A stretch of DNA of 64,000 nucleotides from a virus (IMGVR_UViG_3300025066_000007), one strand, 5' to 3'. Shown: positions 1-10,700, numbered from the stretch's first letter. Numbers and translations are program-made. Notes: a model not told the origin generated them from the letters alone.

Positions 1-247
1 CAGACCTTAAGGAGCTATACCTTTTTTTATCAACAACGCTCCTGACGATAATTAGATCCACTTTCTTCCGATTTAGAACAGATTGGTCTATATATGAGAC
101 ATTTTTGCTTATAGGCCTGCCGAGACTATTGGGATTCGGGGCCATACCCTTTGGGGATGTGCAAAAAAATTTATGTCCAGTTTTGAAAAACTCATATTGA
201 TGGCCGCCATGAACCAGCCAATCCGCAATTCTATAAGACACATTCAT
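1..247 (-). CDS. Partial CDS (runs off window start), probable glycosyltransferase N-terminus
   Basis: Not in ORF track. ATG at 247, 3 nt after the stop of 251..3550; open to base 1: MNVSYRIADWLVHGGHQYEFFKTGHKFFCTSPKG...KKVDLIIVRSVVD. The H..HQYEF.KTGH.F and VDLIIVRS pattern resembles a GT-B N-terminal Rossmann lobe (from recollection). Confidence 0.5.
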   Translation of the reverse strand, partial: MNVSYRIADWLVHGGHQYEFFKTGHKFFCTSPKGMAPNPNSLGRPISKNVSYIDQSVLNRKKVDLIIVRSVVDKKRYSSLRS

Positions 248-250
248 TTG

Positions 251-3200
251 TTATATTCTACTATATATATGCACTAAATTTTTCAACTCCTCAAAGAAAG
301 ACTTCTTTATCAAAAACTTTCCGAGAGCCTTTGCCTGCTTTGAAAGGCCTAAATCTTGCAGGAAAATATCTGCAACTTCACCATCGAGCATTCCTTGCGC
401 AAGCTTCCGAGCATAAGAGGCTGCCATTTTGCGCTTATCCACATTTAGCTCAGAAAGATCGTAAAGCTTACCAGAGTAATAAACATCTGGGTTATCATAG
501 AGATAGCTTGAGAACTGAGGTACAGAGCCTACCAGGGTGTCTTCTAGCTCTGAAAGCCCACTTTTCAATGACTTGTTATGACCTAGAGCTCGCAATGTTT
601 TTAAGGCATAAAAATATTTTTCCAACAAGTCATTCATAACGACGGGAGCCGCCGCCTCTGATCCTTCGGACAGAGGTTTCACTAGCAGCAGTACAGCATC
701 TTCTATATTTTTGACAACATTTCTGACAATATTTTTATCATTATCTGTATATTTTAGATACGATATAATCGTATCAGAAAAACCCTCAGAGTCTCTATTC
801 GTATCATAAATGATGCGATTAAGTCTGAACTTATTCTTGATGTAGAGAGGAGTTAGCTCTAAGGCCTTAGAAAGGTAAGCCTCATTTCTTGTATATATTC
901 TTTTTTCTAAAAATTTATCTGGATTTTTCTGAAATACTTCAAGAAATCTTTCTTCAGACTCAACTGAATTTTCTATCAGAATCGCCAAGTTTAAATCGTA
1001 TCTCTTGCTTATTTCTAAGCAGGCCTTATTTATAAGTTCTAGCTTGAGAATTGATTTTATATCAGGGGGCTCTGATTTTATTTCCTGAATCTTTTCGTAA
1101 AAAATATTTATCATGCCTTTTAGAGCATCTTCTGAAATCATCTTGAAATTTATAATTCCAGCCATTCCTGCGGCGAGTTGACCTGCTAACCAACTGATGT
1201 CAGTATATTCTCGCGCATCTTTTATATATAGGTTTAAATAACGATTTATAAGAAATGAGTCAGAAAAGGCAAATTCATCTTCTTTGGAAATTTGCTTAAT
1301 TTTGGCATAAATTTCTAAATGTTGCTTTTGAGGCTTTTCTCCATTTATATTTTCTTCGCAAATTTGAACTATAGTCTTTACAATATCAGGGTTCAAAGCA
1401 CTTCCCGCAGAAGATAGAAGCTCAAGCATCTCTTTTGAAGTGTATAGCTTGTTTCTTTTTAGTGCGTCAATTTTTATAAGAATGTTCTCCTCAGAATGCT
1501 TTAAAATTGAAGTCCTAATATCCTCTCTATTTCCATAGTAATACTTATAAAGCTTATGTTTCAAAAATAGACGACTGTCGTCAGAGTAATACTCTTCCAG
1601 ATAGTTTATAACGTTTTGACTAGATCTAAAATCAGCTTCAAACTCTAACTTATAATCCAAAAGAAGTGTTGCATATATATTTTTTAGAGGAGAAAAGAAT
1701 ATTTCTATATCCTTATCATCTCCAGATATAAGTTTTTTTGCAGCGATCTTTAAGGCTTCAGTTATAGCCTGGTCGTATTGAAACCTTGAGTTTGAGGTCA
1801 AAGTAAAATAGGCTTCTCTGGGGAACTCCATCGCAAGTAGATTATATGTCTGTTGATAATTATCAATTTTAGCAATAATACTATTTTGAAATGTTTTGAA
1901 CTCGCTTTCTCCAAGTCCTTTGAAGAATAATTTTTTAGCAAGCTCTGTATCAATATGAGCTGCCGAGCCTGCATCGTTTATGCTTTTGAATATAAAACTT
2001 GCATACTTGCGAACTCGTGATTCGTCATTTCTAATAGATGAGGAGTTTATAAAAAGTCCATCGTAAGATGTCATTAGTTCGGTACGCTTTTTTATAAGAG
2101 CCGGATATTCTTTTAGATACTCCTTGTACTTTGTGTCTTCCCTGTTTTTATTCAAAAAATGTATCCAATCAAATAATTCAGCAGAACTTTTGTCGATTAG
2201 CCTTTCTGAAGCAGAAGAGTTAGATAAAGAATAAATAATTTGTTTCAAATGGTCATCTGAAACATTTTTTAAGTAATAGGAATAATCCCACTTTTTAGCA
2301 CCGAGTTTTTTAAAGAAAGAAGTCAAATACATAGACGTCTCTATTCCCGGCTCTCCATTTCCGCTCTCTCTTATTTCCTTAATCTCCAAAGAGTCTCTGT
2401 CATCATGAGGATCTTTTGGATTTCGAAAATCACGGCCAGCTCTTATGGTTGCGATAGGCTTATTTTCAGGGTTTCTAAGAGAAAATACATATCCGCTTGA
2501 ATTATCGTTATACATTTTCGACCCAGAGCCTAAACACAATGAGTTATTATCACCCTCCTGTATTCTGTCGTGTGAAAGCGTTTTGTCATTAGACCACGGA
2601 ATCATATCTGAATCTTCATTGCTTGGAAGATAAACTATCTTCCATCCATCGTCAAATATGTGTACTGGAATATTTGTCTTATATCCATATCCAAAAGCTC
2701 CATCTTCCTTGGATTCTAGGGCTTCATCAACTGTTGATTCCGTATGCCACGTTTGCTGGTCTGCGTTAATAGCATTAAATGCAGAAATAATTGATTCTTG
2801 ATTACTTACATCAAATGGATAAAGAGCACTGAGATCACCATGTTTTGATATCTCAATATCACTAGCCTCAGAAGAAATAAAGTCCATTATAAGACTAAGA
2901 TCATTAACGCTCAACGCTAATACGGCCCCGGCCTGAAGGAAGAATAGTTCTTTCGCAGAAAAAAGCTCTTTTATATCTGGATATTCTTCTTCCTCTAATG
3001 CTTTTTCTGCAGAAGCAAATAGCCCTTGATCTAGCCCAAGGTTTCTGGCAGCAATATCTGGCCGAAAAGCTCTAGCTCCCTCTGGAGGTGAAGACTTTTT
3101 TCTGTCTAATATATTTAGAAAAAAGGCTGGGCTGTGAGTTTGAATTGAAAGAAAATCATAATTATCATCAATGCTTATAAGAGATTTTATCTTTGATATA

Positions 3201-3550
3201 TTATCTATAGATAATAGCTCCTTATTGGAATCGTAATGACCAGCGATCCATTTTATAAAGCTTATCCTTTCGCCCTTTTCTAATGAGGAGAGATCTTCTT
3301 CTGGAATTGCATGAACAAAGTTAATAGAGCTCTGGCTGAAGGGCGCTAGAAAATCATACTTATCGGCACTGCCTATTACGTAATCATTTAGTCTCTTAAA
3401 ATAGTCTCTGCGAGACTCTATGTCGCCAGCAGGAGCATCTGGAAGGTCTTCCTTCACAGTGCGCTCTACTGCTTTCATATAAATTTTCCTTAGACTCTTA
3501 GAGTCTTTTTCTGCAGCATATTTGGACTTAAAATAAGATATTTTTTTCAT
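251..3550 (-). CDS. Large (1099 aa) protein with an internal PcfJ-like domain and a long alpha-helical C-terminal region
   Basis: Segment GWKIVYL...IQEGDNNSLCLGS...YVFSLRNPENKPIATI...EIKEIRESGN (~2340-2650) matches the PcfJ-type EG....HC.G.Y...IYSLR....P.ATIE pattern; ATG directly abuts the stop of the upstream GT. Confidence 0.6.
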   Translation of the reverse strand: MKKISYFKSKYAAEKDSKSLRKIYMKAVERTVKEDLPDAPAGDIESRRDYFKRLNDYVIGSADKYDFLAPFSQSSINFVHAIPEEDLSSLEKGERISFIKWIAGHYDSNKELLSIDNISKIKSLISIDDNYDFLSIQTHSPAFFLNILDRKKSSPPEGARAFRPDIAARNLGLDQGLFASAEKALEEEEYPDIKELFSAKELFFLQAGAVLALSVNDLSLIMDFISSEASDIEISKHGDLSALYPFDVSNQESIISAFNAINADQQTWHTESTVDEALESKEDGAFGYGYKTNIPVHIFDDGWKIVYLPSNEDSDMIPWSNDKTLSHDRIQEGDNNSLCLGSGSKMYNDNSSGYVFSLRNPENKPIATIRAGRDFRNPKDPHDDRDSLEIKEIRESGNGEPGIETSMYLTSFFKKLGAKKWDYSYYLKNVSDDHLKQIIYSLSNSSASERLIDKSSAELFDWIHFLNKNREDTKYKEYLKEYPALIKKRTELMTSYDGLFINSSSIRNDESRVRKYASFIFKSINDAGSAAHIDTELAKKLFFKGLGESEFKTFQNSIIAKIDNYQQTYNLLAMEFPREAYFTLTSNSRFQYDQAITEALKIAAKKLISGDDKDIEIFFSPLKNIYATLLLDYKLEFEADFRSSQNVINYLEEYYSDDSRLFLKHKLYKYYYGNREDIRTSILKHSEENILIKIDALKRNKLYTSKEMLELLSSAGSALNPDIVKTIVQICEENINGEKPQKQHLEIYAKIKQISKEDEFAFSDSFLINRYLNLYIKDAREYTDISWLAGQLAAGMAGIINFKMISEDALKGMINIFYEKIQEIKSEPPDIKSILKLELINKACLEISKRYDLNLAILIENSVESEERFLEVFQKNPDKFLEKRIYTRNEAYLSKALELTPLYIKNKFRLNRIIYDTNRDSEGFSDTIISYLKYTDNDKNIVRNVVKNIEDAVLLLVKPLSEGSEAAAPVVMNDLLEKYFYALKTLRALGHNKSLKSGLSELEDTLVGSVPQFSSYLYDNPDVYYSGKLYDLSELNVDKRKMAASYARKLAQGMLDGEVADIFLQDLGLSKQAKALGKFLIKKSFFEELKNLVHIYSRI

Positions 3551-4678
3551 TTATTTAAACTTATTAAAACGAGGATTCTTTAAGATATTCTCAACATTTT
3601 TTGAGCACTTTTCTATTGTAAATAAATTAATAAGTTTACTTGCGCTATCTAGCTTAGATGAAAATCTTTCCCTTCCAGCGTAAAGGTCTCTCATATTTTT
3701 CTTCAGAGAAAAAGTACTTGGGTAAGCCCACCTCTGATGGGATTCATACCAGGGATTCCAGCTCATTGGCTTTACCGGCTTAATTTCGTGATCAATAATA
3801 AAGGAATTTTCATCAGTCAAATACTCTGTAATTCCACCATATTTCGTCACAATAATGTGGCTGCCATACATCATAGCATCATGAATGGGCATACCCCAAC
3901 CTTCGCCCCTATGTGGCAAAACAAATGCGTCACAAGCATTGTGAATGCCGGCGATAGCTCCATGGCTCAGGTTGTCCGTTATAACAAATATCTTTGGAAG
4001 ATCAGATTTTTTTCTGCCAATAGCTGTTTTCGCCTTAATTATATCTGCTTTAATACGATTAAGGCCATGGCCTGCATGTTTGATTGGATTAACCTTCAGT
4101 ATTAAAATAACATCTTCTTTTGAAGAAAATTCTTCAAGATATCCTCTCAAAAGCTGATTATAGCCCTTTCTTTCATTCCATTGAAAAATAGAATAAAATT
4201 TAAAAATATTTTCAGATAACACAAACTCCCTTGATAGTTCGCTCGGAAATTGTACGGCCTCTAAGCTGCCCTCTATCTTTGCTGGAGTAGGGAGGATTTC
4301 GATCGGTCCTTTGAATCCCGCTTTTCTACAGGCGCTTGCGGTTATATTGCACGGAACCCATAGCTCGTTAACGCTTGTCCTTATGTCTTTCGCCCAAACC
4401 TTAGGAAGAGCATCTGCCTCCCAATAAAAGTATCCAATCTTATAATTATTAGACCTATGCCCAGAGAAAGGAGGGGTTTGTATATAGAGGTCTATTTCTG
4501 GAGCCCCATTAAAATTATTGAAATTATTTACACAAGATGCGTTTGGACCCCAAAATTCAAAGCGAGTTTTGACAGAAGACTCTGACAGAGCCGAGCCTAG
4601 ATTGAAAGTTGCGTTTCCATATCCCGTATATTTCTGCGGATTTCCAAAAACACGAATGGAAGGAAGCTTATTGGCCAT
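3551..4678 (-). CDS. Glycosyltransferase, GT-B fold (GT4-like)
   Basis: TGYGNAT N-terminal loop, YFYWEAD, FKFYSIFQWNERKG, DAFVLPHRGEGWGMPIHDAMMYG (EX7D variant of the EX7E motif); start overlaps the upstream stop (TAATG). Confidence 0.9.
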   Translation of the reverse strand: MANKLPSIRVFGNPQKYTGYGNATFNLGSALSESSVKTRFEFWGPNASCVNNFNNFNGAPEIDLYIQTPPFSGHRSNNYKIGYFYWEADALPKVWAKDIRTSVNELWVPCNITASACRKAGFKGPIEILPTPAKIEGSLEAVQFPSELSREFVLSENIFKFYSIFQWNERKGYNQLLRGYLEEFSSKEDVILILKVNPIKHAGHGLNRIKADIIKAKTAIGRKKSDLPKIFVITDNLSHGAIAGIHNACDAFVLPHRGEGWGMPIHDAMMYGSHIIVTKYGGITEYLTDENSFIIDHEIKPVKPMSWNPWYESHQRWAYPSTFSLKKNMRDLYAGRERFSSKLDSASKLINLFTIEKCSKNVENILKNPRFNKFK

Positions 4679-6165
4679 TAATAATAAGTCCCGTTTAACA
4701 TCATCTTATTTGGATCGGCAGGAGCTGTTATCAGCATATTTTCTAGCAGTATATTGAAGAATAAATTTGAATTTAATCTCGAACTATGATTTTCCAAAAC
4801 ATATTCCCTTAAGTTATTGAATAAACATCTTTTTTCAAAATTTTTACTTAGAATCTCAACGTCCTCTTTTATATTTCCTGTCAAAAAGTGAAAGTTGTCT
4901 AAGTGTCCAAAGTTCGCTCGAATTTCTCCAACATCTGTCGTGAATATGGGCAGGCCAAAAGCCATTGCTTCAATAATTGAGATTGGAGTCCCCTCTATCT
5001 TTGACGTTAGAATAAAGGCATCAATTGTATTGTAATAATCGGTGACATCTTCTAGGTGCCCTGTGAATTGTATATTTTTAATACCCTTTTTATCTACATA
5101 TTTCATCAAATCGAGTAATCGAGGACCTCCGCCAATTATGATAAGAGTTAAGCTTGGAGACTTTCTAAATAATTCTATGGCATATTCAATATTCTTTTCT
5201 GGAGATAGTCTTGCTACAAGGCCAAATGTCGCAGGCCCAGAACGATATGGATTGTTCGATTTTCTTTTAAAATGTTCTGTGTCAATCCCTACCGGAATAG
5301 TATGCTTGCTTTCCACTCCTGATATATCTTCGCATAAAGTATCAGAAATTCTAAAGATCTTATCAACACCTTCCCGCTCTCTCAGCGAGGAGACAGAATC
5401 AGACCATTCAAAGTCGCTATGATAGATTTCGACAACTTCTGATCGGATTGCCTTGGCCTTTTTTAACGAAGACAGCAGACTATATACTCTCTTGCTGTTG
5501 TAAAAAATTACGATATCATAATCGCTAGAAATTAAGCTTGCTCTAATTCTTTGAGCACTTTTTATGTGGATATGATTAATTTTTGGATTAGAAACTTTTG
5601 CCTCTAATTTATTTTTAGACAAATAAATAAAGTCAGTAATAAATGGATTCTCTAAATTAGAGAATATACTTTGCAAGTAGACCTCTGCTCCACCATATAT
5701 ACCATAAGGAATTATTACAGCCAAACGCTTTTTGGCCTGAGTTGTAGATAGAATTTTTTTAGAGAAAAGCTTTTCTGTTCTCTTTTTTGCGGGAGCTTCC
5801 TTCTCTCCCTCTACAATGATTCTGCCTATTTGAACTCTTCCGAATGAATTTTGTGGCCGGAAGATTTGCAGAGTTGAGCCTTTGAGCTTGCTGGAGATGC
5901 TGAGGTTCAGAACTTTCTCTGACCATGACTTCTTTGTAAACTTTAGCTCTTTTAATAAGACAGTATTATTATCTCCGTCTATAAGTCTTGCTTTTAGGCC
6001 TCCACTTCCAGATATATTTTTTGCAACAATTTTAAAAGATAGCCTTCCACTACTTGGAATTAATGCTTCAATTTTTCCGTTAGAGCTTAAGACGATCCCA
6101 TCATCTACTCTAGCGGAATTGGTGAGAGTCCAAGCAGCTTTCGTGTTTGAGTCTAAAACTCTCAC
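4678..6165 (-). CDS. Glycosyltransferase GT4-like with an extra N-terminal beta-rich domain
   Basis: IYGGAEVY, FGLVARLSPEKN, AFILTSKIEGTPISIIEAMAFG (EX7E); first ~130 aa beta-strand rich and not GT-like; GTG start overlaps the upstream TGA (GTGA). Confidence 0.9.
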   Translation of the reverse strand: MRVLDSNTKAAWTLTNSARVDDGIVLSSNGKIEALIPSSGRLSFKIVAKNISGSGGLKARLIDGDNNTVLLKELKFTKKSWSEKVLNLSISSKLKGSTLQIFRPQNSFGRVQIGRIIVEGEKEAPAKKRTEKLFSKKILSTTQAKKRLAVIIPYGIYGGAEVYLQSIFSNLENPFITDFIYLSKNKLEAKVSNPKINHIHIKSAQRIRASLISSDYDIVIFYNSKRVYSLLSSLKKAKAIRSEVVEIYHSDFEWSDSVSSLREREGVDKIFRISDTLCEDISGVESKHTIPVGIDTEHFKRKSNNPYRSGPATFGLVARLSPEKNIEYAIELFRKSPSLTLIIIGGGPRLLDLMKYVDKKGIKNIQFTGHLEDVTDYYNTIDAFILTSKIEGTPISIIEAMAFGLPIFTTDVGEIRANFGHLDNFHFLTGNIKEDVEILSKNFEKRCLFNNLREYVLENHSSRLNSNLFFNILLENMLITAPADPNKMMLNGTYY

Positions 6166-7247
6166 TTAATATCCAAAATTTTCTTTGCAGCGTTTTCCCA
6201 TGTAAATTCCCTTAGGACATTCGAGGTTTCTTTTGTAAACTCTTCTTTTAGAGAGCCTCTATTTCTATAGGTGTTAAGCATTTGCTCGGCCAAAGAGTCT
6301 TTATTTGGCAGCCATGTTTTCGCCCCATCGCTTGATTTCCAGTATTGATACTTTTTGTCTGCATCAATTTCTTTCACATCAACAAGAAGAGAGTTTTTTG
6401 AATTAAGAAAATCTAGCTGTCCAGAGCAGTTTGGAGCAATAACTACCATGCCAGCCGCCAAGCCCTCCAGTAGGGGCAGCCCAAAGCCCTCTGAGGACGC
6501 CGCGCTCACCAGACAGTCACAGGTATTCATCAGAGGAACAATGCTCTCAAAACGCTCCTGAACGATCTCTATCTGCGGCAAAGATTTTCCACGATGTTTA
6601 TCTTGGACACCCTTGATTTGTTCGAGAATATTACATTCAAAATAATATTTCGGTTTGGCCACCTTTGACTTCAAAACAAGACATACATCATCTCTTTCTT
6701 GAAAGGCAGAGTAGTAAGCGTCAATAAGAACATCTATATTTTTTCTATAATGAGGTATAGATACATTTAGAAACTTAAAAGCCTTTTTGGTTCTAAGCGT
6801 TTTGACCTTATCTTTTCTCTCAAAGTCTTCAGGATGGATCCCGTGAGGAATCACGATACACTTTTCTTCTGGCCAACCAGAGTTTACGAATACTTCTTTC
6901 GAAAAATTGCTTGAAGGCAAGACATAATCGGCATAATTAATTGCACCCTTCCAAGCAGCAGGCAGAATTGAGGTTTCATAGTTATAGATTGCCAGTTTAA
7001 GTCCAGTTCTTTTTTTAAATCTGTCTTTAAAATTCCTTGGGAGAGTATATGTTAAAGATATATCCGGGTTCTTAACATCTCGAATATACGGCCTCCATTG
7101 AAACGGGAAGTCTTCATATCCATTTATACTCTTTAGATATAAGTCACAATCTTGTTTTAAAAACTCCCCAATAAGGCTCCGCATTACAACGGCCCAACTA
7201 TGGTGAGTGCCAAGCATAGCCTCTGCCCTTATTCTTCTAGAAATCAT
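6162..7247 (-). CDS. Glycosyltransferase GT4-like
   Basis: HSWAVVMR, AIYNYETS, YVLPSSNFS, IPHGI, FKFLNVSIPHYRKN, CLVSAASSEGFGLPLLEGLAAG (EX7E). Confidence 0.9.
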   Translation of the reverse strand: MISRRIRAEAMLGTHHSWAVVMRSLIGEFLKQDCDLYLKSINGYEDFPFQWRPYIRDVKNPDISLTYTLPRNFKDRFKKRTGLKLAIYNYETSILPAAWKGAINYADYVLPSSNFSKEVFVNSGWPEEKCIVIPHGIHPEDFERKDKVKTLRTKKAFKFLNVSIPHYRKNIDVLIDAYYSAFQERDDVCLVLKSKVAKPKYYFECNILEQIKGVQDKHRGKSLPQIEIVQERFESIVPLMNTCDCLVSAASSEGFGLPLLEGLAAGMVVIAPNCSGQLDFLNSKNSLLVDVKEIDADKKYQYWKSSDGAKTWLPNKDSLAEQMLNTYRNRGSLKEEFTKETSNVLREFTWENAAKKILDIK

Positions 7248-7283
7248 ATAGAAGATTGTACTCGGCAGCCGACAGAAGGCAAG

Positions 7284-7603
7284 CTAAATCCTCAGCTTCT
7301 TCACCTCTTCTTCGTATCCATTTTTATTAAGCCATTTCAAAAGACTTGCAAGCTTCTGATTTTGCCTTGCTATTTCTACAAGATCTGGGTAAACTCTATT
7401 CAGGCCATACGAGAAAAAGCTCTGAGTATTTTTTCCGCCAATCTCTTGGCGGCAGCCCTCCCTATATTCGGGTAATCTCTGTGCATGTTATAACGAAAAA
7501 AGTCTCGGTATTCTTTTTTCGCAAAGTTTGCTGCAGCAGACTCCTCTAGATCTGGATACTTTTTGCGTAACTTACGGAACAAGAAATACCACGAATCATG
7601 TTG
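7284..7603 (-). pseudogene. Frameshifted, apparently 5'-truncated relic of a ~28-aa helical repeat protein gene
   Basis: Track ORF 7400..7582 and the unlisted -1 frame ending at TAG 7284 join at the A6 run (7429-7434) into three repeats (FLFRKLRKKYPDL / FFRYNMHRDYPNI / FFSYGLNRVYPDL); no in-frame ATG upstream of the repeats. Confidence 0.55.
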
Positions 7604-7707
7604 ATTTATATAAACAAAATAGCAGAAAAAGGTATAATATGCTATAAAGAACGTAAAGGAATTCGATACTGCGAAGCTACAAATAAAGTGTTATTTTATA
7701 GCAGGCT

Positions 7708-10700
7708 CTAAGGCAAAAATAGATTGCAAGGAAATGGACCTTGCACAAGGGTCCCGACTGCCGCCCCGCTTGTTCCATTTGCACCGCCCGTTGCGCCCGA
7801 GATAAAGTAGCATAGATCATCTTCTTCGAAGACCGTAGTGTCTTCGCACGTTCCGATTCCAATTCTAGAAAGATCTTTAATTCCAATCTTTACATCGGCG
7901 TTCTTAAACCCAGATTTCTTAAGATGGATTCCAAACCCTAGCGTTGTCCTACTTGCTTCATTTAACGCATCATATAGTATATTTTTAGTCTTTAAGGTAA
8001 CAATTCCAGTGGCAGAATCTACGCTTGCTCCTATCTGGAACACAACGCCAGTCGTAACATCCTCATATCCTATCGAAAGATTGACGTCAGAAGTTATAGA
8101 TAATGCCGATGTTGCAGAAGAGCTAGGCTCTATTATAACAGCCTTATGTTGACCCGGAAGATGTCCAGTTTGGCTTAGGAAATAAATTACCATAGGAGTT
8201 ATATCTACAGAAATCTTATCTCCAGCAGATAGTGTGCCAGGAATAAATGTAGACTGAAGAGACGTATTATCTGAAATAGGATAATCAATAATTGGACCTA
8301 GATTATCTGCATTTAATATGTTGTATGGAATTAAGTTAAAGGAATCCGTAGTACTAATTCCTGCTGCAAGAGTCATTTCTAATGTGGCAGATACTATATT
8401 GGTTTTTTGGGTTAATTGCGTCGGAAAAGTTGCAGTAACCCTATTGATTAGAGAGTCTGAATCTCTGGATATAGCAATAGGGCTCTCTGCATCATCAGAG
8501 TCTAGTGTATGACGAATTGTTAGATCTCGAACCTTGGTTGCAAAAATTATTCCGGCATCAGGATTTAGTTCTTGCGCCAAGTTAAAGGTCAGCTCTGCAC
8601 TTCCGGCTCCTGGCTGAAAAGGAAGGTTTGTTCCAATTTTTACAAATTGTCCAGATATATTTTCCGACAAGTCTACTAGGCTGTCATCAAAGTACATTGC
8701 AAATACTGCTTCGTCTGTTCTTCTTAGTCTAAACCTTATATCATCATTTAGATCGTCTACTGCTGCGATAGAGTAGTCGAAATCATTTAAAATAATACTT
8801 GTTGCGGTATCCTCTATAGACCCACTGTAATAAAGCTCCAAAGAGCCTGAGGCGGTTTCTCTCCATCCAAATTGTAGAGTCGTTTCCGTTCCATCCAGAT
8901 TGGTAATTATAAGCTCAGAATAAAATGATACCTTGCCCGTCGTAAGGCTTGCTCCTCCCCAGATTGACCTTGACATTACAAAGTCTATAATAAAATCATC
9001 CGAAATTGGATCTATTAATGCCGCAGAAGGATATTGTATTTGCCCAATTCTTTCTCCAGCAGCTATTGTCTCAAGAATAAATGTTGCCGGAGAATTTAGT
9101 GCCGCAGGAGTACTTATTGTGAAGTAGGTCCCTCCAGAAGGCTCTGACGTAAGCCACTCTGAGAAGCCATTAGAGTTAGGATATGTATAGTCTACAAAAG
9201 TCTCTGAGATGAGCTCTGTAGCATCACTTTCCTCGGTTTCATCAGCGTATCCATCTACGGCGTATCCATCTACTAAAGCGTCAACATATAGACTGGCTAT
9301 GCATTGCGAAATTTTAATACGATTTTTTGTCAAATCCGTATTTGATCCGGAATCTTCGCATCCAACATAAGTTCCATCGGAATAAAGCATTGCCGGATAG
9401 CCAGCAGCCGTTTTGCATGTACCGTCTTTAGACTTTATAAAGTTGTTGTAAAGATCAATCTGGCAATCATCAATTGTCCCTGGCGGCAAAGGAATAAGCA
9501 CATTGGCGAACTCTATATCGCCATGGTATGGAACTCCAGGCTCTTTATAGATTTCACCATTCGGAATAAATAGGTCATTTGCGATTACCTTCTGAGTTCT
9601 GTACTGAGGGCTGCAAGCCGGAGTCTGCTGACACACATCTGGTGCGCAAACACAAGTTATTTCCTCTTTTTCTATGAAGCTTGTCTCTACAAACCTTCTG
9701 AGGTCACAGACATCAACAAATGAATCCTGATAGGGGCTACCGACATAGTCTATTTTCCAATTCTGGTCAGAAAAGGGGATCTTCAATAAATCGAGATTGT
9801 CTGCAAATAAGTTTGTTTTTGTTCCACTTGTAATTTCGACGTCAAAGCCTGTGGATCCGGCGAAAGAAACTGCACTACCATCAGAAACTTCAGTTACAGA
9901 AACTGAAACATCAGTTCCAGAGCTGCCAACAGTCTTTCCTGATACTGTATAAGTTCCAGAGTCAGAAAAGCCTATAGAAATAGAGATTGAATCTCCAGTT
10001 CGTATTGCCAAAGCCTCTTCCTCTGTGTCTGTCTTAAAGGTTATATCATCAGAAGAGGCGACAGAGACTCCAAGGCCAGAGTTGGTGGCAGATTCCGCAG
10101 AATCAAAAAGAACAGGGTAGTCGTCTTCTTCTAAGATATTTTCCAACTTTAAAGTTAATACATCAAATGATACATCCGCTGTAAAATTGACATAACCATC
10201 AATAGCGTCTTCTATGATCTCGATATCTGATCCGTCAATCGTGCCATCCTCGTTGAGGTCTGCCTTGATGAAATCAAGAACATCAAGCTCTCCGCCCTGT
10301 ATCTTTCTTTGAGTAGTCTCTGTTATTAGTGTGTTTCCAACGATATCGACTAAGCTAGATAAATCAGAAGTTGTTATCTTGCCATCATTATCAAAGTCTC
10401 CAGAATATACCTTAGAGCAGTTTGCAGAAATAATCCTGTATCTAGCGTTGCATTCACAGTCTATATCTGGAGTAAAAACTCTATTTATTAAGTTTGAAGC
10501 TAAGACATTTGAACTTGGAGACACAAAGACTACTTGGTCTCTACCTAAGAGTCCCGCCTTATCAAAAGTTCCAGAAATTACCTGTGCATCTCGAACGTTA
10601 TTATCCGTAACTCTAGCAAGAAGAATCGGAGGGTTTTCTGGATCAACTTCTGATAGCTCTGTCGCAGTCATTATAGTTGCAGATGGGCTATCTTCGATTT

